64,000 nucleotides of DNA from Pseudomonadota bacterium (GCA_041178425.1 JBEGVH010000020.1:64001-128000); one strand, 5' to 3'. Shown: positions 20,254 through 28,450, counted from the stretch's first letter. Translations and numbers: made by a program. The notes: a model not told the origin generated them from the letters alone.

Positions 20254-21441
20254 TTAAATAAATTCATAAACTGGTATCGATCGCTCCCTTAGCGTTTTGA
20301 CTATCGAAACTACCTTAGCCGCAACGTAATCCACTTCTTCTTCCGTGGTGTATCTACCCAATCCAAAACGTAAAGTAGAATGAGCAATCCCCCGACTCAA
20401 ACCAATCTGCCTCAACACATACGAAGGCTCATGACTTGCAGAGGAACAAGACGATCCGCTTGAAACAGCCACTTCTGGCATTTGTTTCATGATGGCCTCA
20501 CCAACAATTCCTGCAAAACTCACATTCAAATTATTCGCGAGCCGCTGAGTGGGATGTCCGTTTAAATAAACCTGATCTAATTGGGAATTTAAGGCACGCC
20601 AAAGGCGATCACGCAAACGAATAATACGTGCACATTCAGAGCCCCTTTCTTTCAATGCTAATTCGGCAGCTTTGCCAAAACCAATAATACCAGGAACATT
20701 ATGGGTCCCAGAACGTAGACCTTGCTCTTGTCCACCACCATGTATTTGCTCGGCAATAAGTGATTCAGAGTACCTCTTTGAAGCGTAGAGCGCCCCCACC
20801 CCTTTAGGACCATAGATTTTATGAGCCGAGAGCGAAAGCAGATCAACACCCAAAGCATCAACATTTATCGAGCAGAGGCCTGCCGCCTGAACGGCGTCGG
20901 TGTGTAAAAACACGCCCTCTTTGCGACAGAGGTGTCCAATGTCTTGAATAGGATTAATGGAGCCAATCTCGTTATTAGCCATCATTATTGAAACCAATAT
21001 CGTCGTGGGGCGAAGCGCTTTTTGTACCTGCTCCGCAGAGACTTGCCCATGTTGATTCACAGGCAAATAAGTGACTGAGTACCCTTGGCGCTCAAGATGA
21101 AGACAGGCCTCAAGCACCGACTTATGCTCTACCGATGTTGTTATGATATGATTGCCTCTGCTTTTAGCCTTAGAGGCCAAACCCAAAATTGCTAAGTTAT
21201 TACTTTCAGTAGCACCAGAAGTAAATAATATCTCTTTTTCTGAAGCTCCAAGCAAAGTCGCAATCGTCTTTCGAGCACATCCAATTGCGCGCTCGGCTTC
21301 GCGCCCAAACGAGTGATTACGGTTCGAGGGGTTGCCAAAATGCTCCGTAAAATACGGCACCATTAATTTAAAAACTTCGGGATCAACCATTGTGGTCGAA
21401 TGGTGATCTAAGTAAATCGGAAATTTTAAACCCATCGCCAC
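20254..21441 (-). CDS. iscS: group I cysteine desulfurase (IscS-like), stand-alone
   Basis: IYLDHHSTT, FGNPS, FTSGATESNN, HTDAVQA, SAHKIYGPKG, RSGT, SSGSSC. Confidence 0.88.
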   Translation of the reverse strand: MAMGLKFPIYLDHHSTTMVDPEVFKLMVPYFTEHFGNPSNRNHSFGREAERAIGCARKTIATLLGASEKEILFTSGATESNNLAILGLASKAKSRGNHIITTSVEHKSVLEACLHLERQGYSVTYLPVNQHGQVSAEQVQKALRPTTILVSIMMANNEIGSINPIQDIGHLCRKEGVFLHTDAVQAAGLCSINVDALGVDLLSLSAHKIYGPKGVGALYASKRYSESLIAEQIHGGGQEQGLRSGTHNVPGIIGFGKAAELALKERGSECARIIRLRDRLWRALNSQLDQVYLNGHPTQRLANNLNVSFAGIVGEAIMKQMPEVAVSSGSSCSSASHEPSYVLRQIGLSRGIAHSTLRFGLGRYTTEEEVDYVAAKVVSIVKTLRERSIPVYEFI

Positions 21442-21631
21442 CGCCTTTTTGCACCAATCATGTTGAACTCTGCTATAATTCCAACAAAAACACCAGTCCC
21501 ACTATTAAACAGAAGCCATTTATATTTGTTTCCATTCTTGCCCCCCCTAGTACTAACGCAGAACAACAGCATTTAGAGCCATACAAATAAATCCCCTTGA
21601 CCCCATAGACCTATTGACTACTGTTTTGCCC

Positions 21632-22216
21632 ATGACCAATGCGATTACAGACTTTATCGGTGTTTTTAGCAATGCCTACTCCAGTGAATTTTGCGAGCAG
21701 GCCATCAACACATTCAAAATGGCTGAACAGTACGGCTTCACTGTCAACCGGCAGGAGCACGGCAACGCCAAAAAAACGGCTAAAGATACAAACTCTTTGT
21801 TCATCTCCGCCGAAACTAGCTTTGAATTATTGCATACAGCCCAACTCAGCAGCGAGTTTGGTCGCATTTTCTGGAGCGAAGTTTATCCTGCTTATGCCTC
21901 GAAATATTCTATTCTCGAGGATATGGATCCTCATCGCTATTACTGTTTAAAAATGCAGAATACAAAAATCGGAGGCGGCTATCATATTTGGCATCAAGAG
22001 AATAGTGTTATCAACCAAAGGCGGCTGATAAACTTTATGCTGTACCTCAACACAGTCGAAGACGGTGGAGAAACAGAGTTTCTCTATTACTCGCGACGAA
22101 TCAAGCCAGAAATGGGAAAAATTATTATCTACCCTGCGGGATACACTCACACCCATAGGGGTAACCCGCCCCTTTCGAATGAAAAGTTCGTGATCAACGG
22201 ATGGCTGGAGTTTTAA
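21632..22216 (+). CDS. 2OG-Fe(II) oxygenase (prolyl-hydroxylase-like, phage-associated type)
   Basis: GGGYHIWHQE, MLYLNTVEDGGETEF, YTHTHRGNPP, KFVINGW. Confidence 0.88.
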   Translation: MTNAITDFIGVFSNAYSSEFCEQAINTFKMAEQYGFTVNRQEHGNAKKTAKDTNSLFISAETSFELLHTAQLSSEFGRIFWSEVYPAYASKYSILEDMDPHRYYCLKMQNTKIGGGYHIWHQENSVINQRRLINFMLYLNTVEDGGETEFLYYSRRIKPEMGKIIIYPAGYTHTHRGNPPLSNEKFVINGWLEF

Positions 22217-22217
22217 C

Positions 22218-22562
22218 ATGACGACTATCGAAAACCTTCCTCTGATAGCAGAAAAAGATTATAAATATAGTTTTCCCTACGGTTACTGGGCCGAGCCTCA
22301 AATTCAAGTTTTAAATGGCACCTATGAAGGGCTTGTCTTCGACGTAATGAAATCAGGAGTGGGAAAATTTGCAAACGCCGATGATTATCAATTTACGTTT
22401 TCTTACCGAATTTTACGAATGTGGAAAGACGTACTCCCCGCTCAATTTGATGGCGCCAAAATCACTCTTCAAGATCATGATGTGACTTTTATAAGTAAAC
22501 TCATCTTGAGCTTCATCGAAGACTTTAACAAGAAGAAGAGTCATGGCACTACCCGGAACTAA
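22218..22562 (+). CDS. hypothetical protein
   Basis: 114-aa ORF starting 1 nt after the oxygenase stop and overlapping the next gene. Confidence 0.7.
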   Translation: MTTIENLPLIAEKDYKYSFPYGYWAEPQIQVLNGTYEGLVFDVMKSGVGKFANADDYQFTFSYRILRMWKDVLPAQFDGAKITLQDHDVTFISKLILSFIEDFNKKKSHGTTRN

Positions 22563-23451
22563 TCAATCGATATCGCTTTCGCAGGTCAATACAGAGCTGG
22601 GAAAATCCTCTACGGCCACCATCTCACTTAATGATGCTGCCGTGCGAGCACTGTTCGGTAAAGCAACGGGAGCCATCTCCTTTGCTGATGGCTGGGGAAA
22701 AATCAACCCCTGGACAGGAGCCATTACCTCAAATCAAACGGTAGTGAACCTTAGAACTTGGGCCACCAGCGCTGGTTGGAATGGCACGGTTCCAGCCATC
22801 ATCACACTCAATGCCAATTGCTATATTTACTCAGGCAATACAGCATCGAACGCACTCACCATTGATGGCTCTTGGCCTAATGGCGTGACCTTCGTAAATA
22901 ATGGCTTTGTGCTCGGTATGGGGGGCGCTGGTGGGGCAGGGGGCACAGGTTCAACGTATCCCTATTACACAACAGCGCCGGCCGCATTCAATGGCTCAGC
23001 TGGTACCAACGGAGGGAACGCTATTTCTCTTGGCGTTAATTGCACGATCGCCAATAACGGAACCATCGCCGGAGGCGGAGGGGGCGGAGGCGGTGGCGCC
23101 ATCACGCAATACCTACCAATGTGGGGTACATTTATTATGGATGATGATTTTATAGTGGCCGAATTCAGTGGCGGAGGCATGGGTGGGGGCGGAAAAACCG
23201 GACTCACGAACAGTACCGGCGGAAACGCAGGAACCTCAACAAATCCCGGCGCGGGAGTCACTAATGGTGGGGGCGGAGGAGCCTGGGGAACAACCGGGGT
23301 AGCAGGTACAGCACCCGCTCTACCCGCCAATAAAACATTAACAAGCAAAGGCACCCCTGGTGCCGGAGGGGCCGCCGGAAAGTGCGTAGCCCTTAATGGC
23401 TTTACGGTCACTTGGGCCGCCACCGGAACCAGAGACGGCGCTATTTCGTAG
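22543..23451 (+). CDS. glycine-rich phage tail-fibre adhesin-like protein (T-even gp38-like)
   Basis: N-terminus MALPGTNQSISLSQVNTELG..ISFADGWGK; VNNGFVLGMGGAGG, NNGTIAGGGGGGGG, GGGGGAWG, GAGGAAG Gly motifs separated by variable loops; no signal peptide. Confidence 0.78.
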   Translation: MALPGTNQSISLSQVNTELGKSSTATISLNDAAVRALFGKATGAISFADGWGKINPWTGAITSNQTVVNLRTWATSAGWNGTVPAIITLNANCYIYSGNTASNALTIDGSWPNGVTFVNNGFVLGMGGAGGAGGTGSTYPYYTTAPAAFNGSAGTNGGNAISLGVNCTIANNGTIAGGGGGGGGGAITQYLPMWGTFIMDDDFIVAEFSGGGMGGGGKTGLTNSTGGNAGTSTNPGAGVTNGGGGGAWGTTGVAGTAPALPANKTLTSKGTPGAGGAAGKCVALNGFTVTWAATGTRDGAIS

Positions 23452-23459
23452 GAGGCAGA

Positions 23460-23759
23460 ATGACGACAAAGTATGGAGTTTATAATCCTCAAAAAGGTGA
23501 ATACGATTTGTTTAAAACCAAAGAAGAAGCCCTTGAGGCTTTTTGGGAAAGAGTTATCGCAACAGCCAAAGAACATTACCACAACACCGCTTATACGACT
23601 ATTCATTACAACGAAGACGGAACAGAGACTTGGTTGAATGAGAGCGACCAAGAGATCACCAAAAAAAGAACTCTTAATGAGATCAAGGCGATTCTCAAAC
23701 ACGAACAAACAGAGATTCTCGCTAAAGCGCAACAAGTAAAAGTAGAGAGGTTCCCATGA
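23460..23759 (+). CDS. hypothetical protein (possible fibre assembly factor)
   Basis: GGAGG RBS then ATG at 23460; ATGA overlap with the next gene. Confidence 0.7.
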   Translation: MTTKYGVYNPQKGEYDLFKTKEEALEAFWERVIATAKEHYHNTAYTTIHYNEDGTETWLNESDQEITKKRTLNEIKAILKHEQTEILAKAQQVKVERFP

Positions 23760-24304
23760 GAAAAACCGCCAGTTTAGGGTATTTTGGCAACATTTGGGTA
23801 CGACAAAATCTGATAGAGAAAGCCGGCGATTCTTACCAAGGGCATACTCACCACTTTGACCACGTGTCTTTGTTAATAAGCGGCAAAGCCCTTGTTGAAG
23901 TCGAAGGGCACTCGCCAAAAGAATTCACGGCTCCCACTTTTATTGTTATTCGCAAAGAGGTTGAACACAAGTTCACCGCCCTCGAAGACAATACTGTGTG
24001 GTTTTGCATTTTTGCTTTGAGAGATATCGACGGCGAAGTCGTTGAAGACCTCTACGGACCACAGCATGACCCCTTACACGAATGGCGCAAACTCGAAGAA
24101 GACACGCGAGAGGAACTCCTCAAACAAAAAGAAAACGAGAGTGAAGAAGCCTACAGAAAACGAATGCTTGAACTCGATGAAAAAACAACTCAGATGATTC
24201 ATAACGCCGCAATCTGGAATGAAAATCGCAAAAAGAAAATGCAAGAGCTGCGAGATCAAAATACGACTCCCGATAATCTAGTGGCGACTCCAAACAACGC
24301 CTAA
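23756..24304 (+). CDS. cupin-fold protein with charged C-terminal tail
   Basis: GHTHHFDHVSLLISGK...EHKFTALEDNTVWFCI cupin His motifs. Confidence 0.75.
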   Translation: MRKTASLGYFGNIWVRQNLIEKAGDSYQGHTHHFDHVSLLISGKALVEVEGHSPKEFTAPTFIVIRKEVEHKFTALEDNTVWFCIFALRDIDGEVVEDLYGPQHDPLHEWRKLEEDTREELLKQKENESEEAYRKRMLELDEKTTQMIHNAAIWNENRKKKMQELRDQNTTPDNLVATPNNA

Positions 24305-24309
24305 ATACC

Positions 24310-24340
24310 AAAAAAAAAGGGGGGCCCAAGAGCCCCCTTT
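24310..24340. terminator. intrinsic terminator between convergent fibre operons
   Basis: A9-GGGGGGC-CCAAGA-GCCCCC-TTT. Confidence 0.75.
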
Positions 24341-24359
24341 AAATTTTCAAAAAGATAGA

Positions 24360-25088
24360 TCAATAATCCCGACGCTGTGATTCTAATTCTCCAACACGGG
24401 CCTGTAATTCTTTAATGCCCTCAATAAGCAAGGGAATGATCTTTTCATATTGCACTGTTAGGTAGTTTTCACCCGAAATCGATTGATATTGGTTGTTCTC
24501 ATTGAGTCGACTATCGAAGGGCGCCAGCTGAATCGCCTCTGGGAGAACTTTTTGAATTTCTTGCGCAATCACTCCCACCTGCTGAGAACCATCTTTAAAA
24601 CCGTGAGCCTGAGCACGCGAGTTCATATTAAAATAGCAACCTGAGATTTGATCTATTTTTGCAAGCGCGCTCTCGATGGGGCGAATATTTTCTTTTAAAC
24701 GATAATCCGAAAAATAGGCGGTGATGTTATTGGTGGCGCGAATTTCACCAGCACTGCCAGCCGTTGTTCCCACTCCAATCGAAGACACCTGATAGGTATT
24801 TGCAGTTACCAAGGCTGAAGCCGAACTGGCGGTTCCGGCATTACCTGAGACATTGATTGACCATGTTCCCGAAGCACCAGTGCCATTCGTAGAGGGAGCC
24901 CCACAATCAGAGGCCACGAGTGTCACCGCTCCGGTCTTTCCAGCCACACTCGTCACAGGGGCCGATCCCACTTTTTGCCATGTGGCTGCACGGGCTGGGC
25001 GAATAAAACCCAAAATCATTTGAGAGATCAAACCAAAAAAACCGGTAATAAATGCAAATCTAAAAAAGTTACGTCGTTTCATTGTCAC
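24360..25088 (-). CDS. short tail-fibre-like protein with twin-arginine signal and C-terminal peptidase S74 intramolecular chaperone
   Basis: KRRNFF...PARA|A leader; VTSVAGKTGAVTL fibre motif; ITAYF|SDYRLKENI, VGVIAQEIQKVLPEA, YEKIIPLLIEGIKEL coiled coil. Confidence 0.88.
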   Translation of the reverse strand: MTMKRRNFFRFAFITGFFGLISQMILGFIRPARAATWQKVGSAPVTSVAGKTGAVTLVASDCGAPSTNGTGASGTWSINVSGNAGTASSASALVTANTYQVSSIGVGTTAGSAGEIRATNNITAYFSDYRLKENIRPIESALAKIDQISGCYFNMNSRAQAHGFKDGSQQVGVIAQEIQKVLPEAIQLAPFDSRLNENNQYQSISGENYLTVQYEKIIPLLIEGIKELQARVGELESQRRDY

Positions 25089-25251
25089 TCCTAAACAATA
25101 AAAAAATCGATGAGAATCCCGCGATCAAGCACGCTTCAAGTTGAGCCGACCTCTTCCTATTTTTGAGCCGAAGAGCATCTCACGTCAACGAGTTCGAAGA
25201 ATCATCAAAACCAAAACAAAAATAGTTTTTATTTATTGAAAGGAGCCAGAC

Positions 25252-26826
25252 TTATTTACAGACAAAGAGATCCCCGTTGGAATCAACGCCTAGACTTCCG
25301 GTGGGGGAACAATTAGAACCACTCGTCACGGTTCCCAACACCAAGTTAGTCACCCGAGCCGTACCATTAACATCGAGCTTGTAAGCCGGAGAACTCGTAC
25401 CGACACCAACGTTACCACTCGCATCGATTCGCAGAGAATTGCCACCATTGTTATATATATCAACCACGCCATCACTCGGTGAGAAAAACCCAGTATCCTG
25501 ACTAGCATCTTGAGTGAAAGCAAAACCACCGGCTGTACCCGCACCTTGGGAAGATAAAATTTTTGTGGAAGCGTTGATAATACCAGCTACATCTAGCTTG
25601 TAGGCAGGCACTGTGGTTCCGACCCCTACAATCCCCGTTGATTTCCAAATGCTGAGGCCAGGCAGATTAACATCTCCCGAAAACGTAGGGCTTGCTGTTT
25701 TAGCTGCATCAGTGATCCCGTATCCATCGATGGTGGTGGGCTTACCCGTGGTGATCTTATTCCAATCGAGCGAGGGTATATCCGCGGCCACTAAACTGCT
25801 ACCAGAGGTTACGCGACCTTTCGCATCTGTTGTCACTTTGGAATACGTGCCCGCCGTGCCCACCGACGCTAAAGTCGCAACGGCATTACCTGCACCTGAG
25901 CTCGTCACATCGCCGCTTAATACCGAAATACCATCGGTTATTCCGTAACCATTCAAGGTTGAGGGTCTGCCTGAAGTTATTATGCTCCAATCGAGTGAGG
26001 GTATATCTGCAGCCACTAAACTACTACCAGAGGTCACACGACCTTTCTCATCCGTCGTAACTTTGGAATACGTGCCCGCCGTGCCCACCGACGCTAAAGT
26101 TGCAACGGCACTACCAGTACCAGTAGTCGTAACATCACCACTCAGTGAGGTTATTCCACTCGTACTACCCGTTCCACCGCTGCTACCTCCACTACTGCCA
26201 CCACTGCCAGGCTGGGCGTATTTGTTCGATGTACCAGCAATCAATGCCAAAAGGTCGACGTAGTTTTGGTTTGTCAGAGGTGGTGCTGTAGCGCCTTCTA
26301 CTCTCAAAACGCCACTACTTGGAATTCCAGCAACGTTAAAAGTATCCAAGGAATGAGGGCTTGCCATTATTTCTACGGGGTCGACATTCTCAAAACCACC
26401 ACCAGGATCGAACGACATCACTAAATAAAGCTTGTCGCCCGGCACTCGTTCAAAGCCTCCAGCACACTGGGTTGAATTTAAAACTTTAAGATCTGGATTA
26501 AAGATTTTTCCAAAACTCAGTGGGTTCGTATCCGTTCGCTGACCCTCACCCAAAAATAACGAAAAGTACCCTGGCGATAAGCTCATGTCTTTTACGAATC
26601 TCTCAGAATAAAGAATACAAGTTTTGTTAGGAGCGGTGATAGAAACCATAAATTGCACATTGGTTCCAGCGACAGGCTGCCCGTTTCTATCAACGATACG
26701 ACCCTGATAATTCAGTCCCATTGACGATCGATCAGGGGTAGCAAAAGCCGCCGGAGCCGTTCCCAAAAAGTAAAGGCTAACTAAAATCAACAATGCTAAA
26801 TATCTTTGAATAACTAGATATTTCAT
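25252..26826 (-). CDS. secreted trimeric fibre adhesin, Bdellovibrio MAT-like, lacking an S74 domain
   Basis: Sec signal; LNYQGRI..CILYSE..GYFSLFLGEG N-terminal domain; LSGDVT/GTYSKVTTDxKGRVT/IPSLDW..YGITD repeats; GNVGVGTSSPAYKLDVNG beta-fibre repeats. Confidence 0.82.
   Translation of the reverse strand: MKYLVIQRYLALLILVSLYFLGTAPAAFATPDRSSMGLNYQGRIVDRNGQPVAGTNVQFMVSITAPNKTCILYSERFVKDMSLSPGYFSLFLGEGQRTDTNPLSFGKIFNPDLKVLNSTQCAGGFERVPGDKLYLVMSFDPGGGFENVDPVEIMASPHSLDTFNVAGIPSSGVLRVEGATAPPLTNQNYVDLLALIAGTSNKYAQPGSGGSSGGSSGGTGSTSGITSLSGDVTTTGTGSAVATLASVGTAGTYSKVTTDEKGRVTSGSSLVAADIPSLDWSIITSGRPSTLNGYGITDGISVLSGDVTSSGAGNAVATLASVGTAGTYSKVTTDAKGRVTSGSSLVAADIPSLDWNKITTGKPTTIDGYGITDAAKTASPTFSGDVNLPGLSIWKSTGIVGVGTTVPAYKLDVAGIINASTKILSSQGAGTAGGFAFTQDASQDTGFFSPSDGVVDIYNNGGNSLRIDASGNVGVGTSSPAYKLDVNGTARVTNLVLGTVTSGSNCSPTGSLGVDSNGDLFVCK
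25708..26157 (-). repeat. intragenic tandem duplication, 2 x 225 nt (75 aa)
   Basis: TTTGGAATACGTGCCCGCCGTGCCCACCGACGCTAAAGT identical at ~25837 and ~26062 (offset 225). Confidence 0.9.
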
Positions 26827-26834
26827 CTACTTTC

Positions 26835-26862
26835 TTATCGGCACTTTTGATCAGAAAATTTA
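26835..26862 (-). promoter_or_regulatory. sigma28 (FliA)-type promoter for the fibre gene
   Basis: Minus strand TAAA-N16-GCCGATAA, 8 nt before ATG 26826. Confidence 0.75.
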
Positions 26863-27335
26863 AGACTATTTTAAATGATCGATGAACCAATTTGAGATGG
26901 ATTTGCCTCAAAACACTAAAAACTCAACTACACAATGCTATCTCAATCTAAGACACTTCCCTTTGATGAATCTTTTTTTACATTCTAACTACATCGGCCA
27001 AAACTTGGGTCTTATCTGCATCTTCGAACTGTGAGCATGTTCCCCACTAGGAGGCCTAAATCAATATTCTAGAAATCTGTGAGAAGTTCCTAAACTCTCC
27101 CCTCAAAAGAAGGTAATAATTTAGTATTTTTATATATTTAGATAAGACACCAGCAACAAAAAAGCAGTCCAAACTCAGAACCACTAACCAAGAAAACATT
27201 TACTTAACGAAAAAAAAACTACCCAAAACCCCTATTTTAGTGGTTTAAAGGGCGCTCAAAGTCGTTCGAATGATTCCTTTAGATGTCCTATTGTGTTCTG
27301 CGAATGGCCCCCAACAGCTTTCTCAGGAGGCAATT

Positions 27336-27653
27336 ATGGGTAAAAAAATATACGTCGGTAACCTTTCATACAATGTTGATGATCAATCTTTGGGTGATCT
27401 TTTCGCTCAATTTGGTCAAGTTGATTCAGTTCGCGTAGTAACTGATCGCGAATCTGGTCGCAGCAAAGGTTTTGCATTTGTTGAAATGTCAACTGATGCT
27501 GAAGCATCTACTGCAATCGAAAAACTTAATGGTTCAGAATTTTCTGGCCGCGCTATGAACGTTAGCGAAGCTAAACCAATGGCTCCTCGTGAAAACAATC
27601 GCGGCGGTGGCGGCGGTCGTGGTGGTTTTGGAGGAGGACGTTCACGCTACTAA
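27336..27653 (+). CDS. RRM RNA-binding protein with Gly/Arg-rich tail
   Basis: KIYVGNLSY (RNP2), SKGFAFVEM (RNP1), RGG tail; AGGAGG RBS before ATG 27336. Confidence 0.95.
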   Translation: MGKKIYVGNLSYNVDDQSLGDLFAQFGQVDSVRVVTDRESGRSKGFAFVEMSTDAEASTAIEKLNGSEFSGRAMNVSEAKPMAPRENNRGGGGGRGGFGGGRSRY

Positions 27654-27685
27654 GAATTTCTTCCTTTCTCTGAAAGGAGAATTCT

Positions 27686-27907
27686 ATGGCTAAGGACGAT
27701 CTCGTCAAATTAGACGGTAAAATCACAAATCTTTCTGGCGGCGGTGTTTATTCTGTTATCTTAGATAACGGACATGAAGTTTCCGCCAGACTTTGTGGAA
27801 AAATGAAAAAGTTCAGCATTAAAGTAGTCGTTGGAGATCGTGTTAGTATTGGCATGTCTCCCTACGATCCTACGCATGGACTGATCCTTCATCGTTACAA
27901 GATCTAA
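27686..27907 (+). CDS. infA: translation initiation factor IF-1 (divergent, probable paralog)
   Basis: MAKDD..LDNGHEV..GKM..GDRV..SPYD. Confidence 0.85.
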   Translation: MAKDDLVKLDGKITNLSGGGVYSVILDNGHEVSARLCGKMKKFSIKVVVGDRVSIGMSPYDPTHGLILHRYKI

Positions 27908-27914
27908 AATATTC

Positions 27915-27952
27915 GTTACTAGAGTGAGATTTCAAACACCCACTCTAGTAAC
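27915..27952. terminator. 12-bp stem-loop between convergent genes
   Basis: GTTACTAGAGTG ... CACTCTAGTAAC. Confidence 0.6.
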
Positions 27953-27986
27953 CAATTCTCTTCTTCTCTTTTAATAATTAAATTCA

Positions 27987-28403
27987 TTAATGTAAGAGCT
28001 GTTGTCGCTGTTGGTCTGAGGGCATTGGGCAAATTGTATTTTTCCCGAACCAACGATAGCGATTTTTAGCAACTAGATCATAAAGTCGATCCCAAAAAGA
28101 AGTCGGAAAAAGTCGCGCAAGCAGCAAAACATCAGGAGAATAACCTATTTTACGAAGAGCCGTTAATACGGCCTTAGACTTCACTTGAGGCGCTTCTTCA
28201 GTCCAAAGGACCACACTATCTAAATTGGTTCGTGTTTCGATAGGGAGCAGATTCGCTGCCGTATCACCCTGCAATGGTGCAAAAAACAAAACTTGTTTAC
28301 GGTCACGCTCCATACAAAACTGAACCCAAAAATTGCAGAGGGCACATTCTCCATCATAAAAAAGAATCGTTTTATTTTTGTGATCCACTTCCATATTTCT
28401 CAT
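27987..28403 (-). CDS. DCC1-like thiol-disulfide oxidoreductase (DUF393)
   Basis: LFYDGECALC, FAPLQ, YDLVAKNRYRWFG. Confidence 0.9.
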   Translation of the reverse strand: MRNMEVDHKNKTILFYDGECALCNFWVQFCMERDRKQVLFFAPLQGDTAANLLPIETRTNLDSVVLWTEEAPQVKSKAVLTALRKIGYSPDVLLLARLFPTSFWDRLYDLVAKNRYRWFGKNTICPMPSDQQRQQLLH

Positions 28404-28450
28404 TGTCTCAAAACTTTTGGAAGCTTCAAGAGTAGAGAATGTTCACGACT

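Noticed and set aside
20254..21441. DndA of a DNA phosphorothioation system
   Set aside because: No dndBCDE or ssp genes in the window; the sequence is a generic IscS-type enzyme.
22965..23918. 317-aa Pro-rich minus-strand ORF
   Set aside because: Antisense shadow of the Gly-rich adhesin (GGN codons read as Pro); it overlaps three coherent plus-strand genes.
20126..27300. Intact prophage or integrative element at tRNA-Gly
   Set aside because: No integrase, terminase, capsid or replication genes, and I could not find a duplicated tRNA 3' end (att site) by eye.
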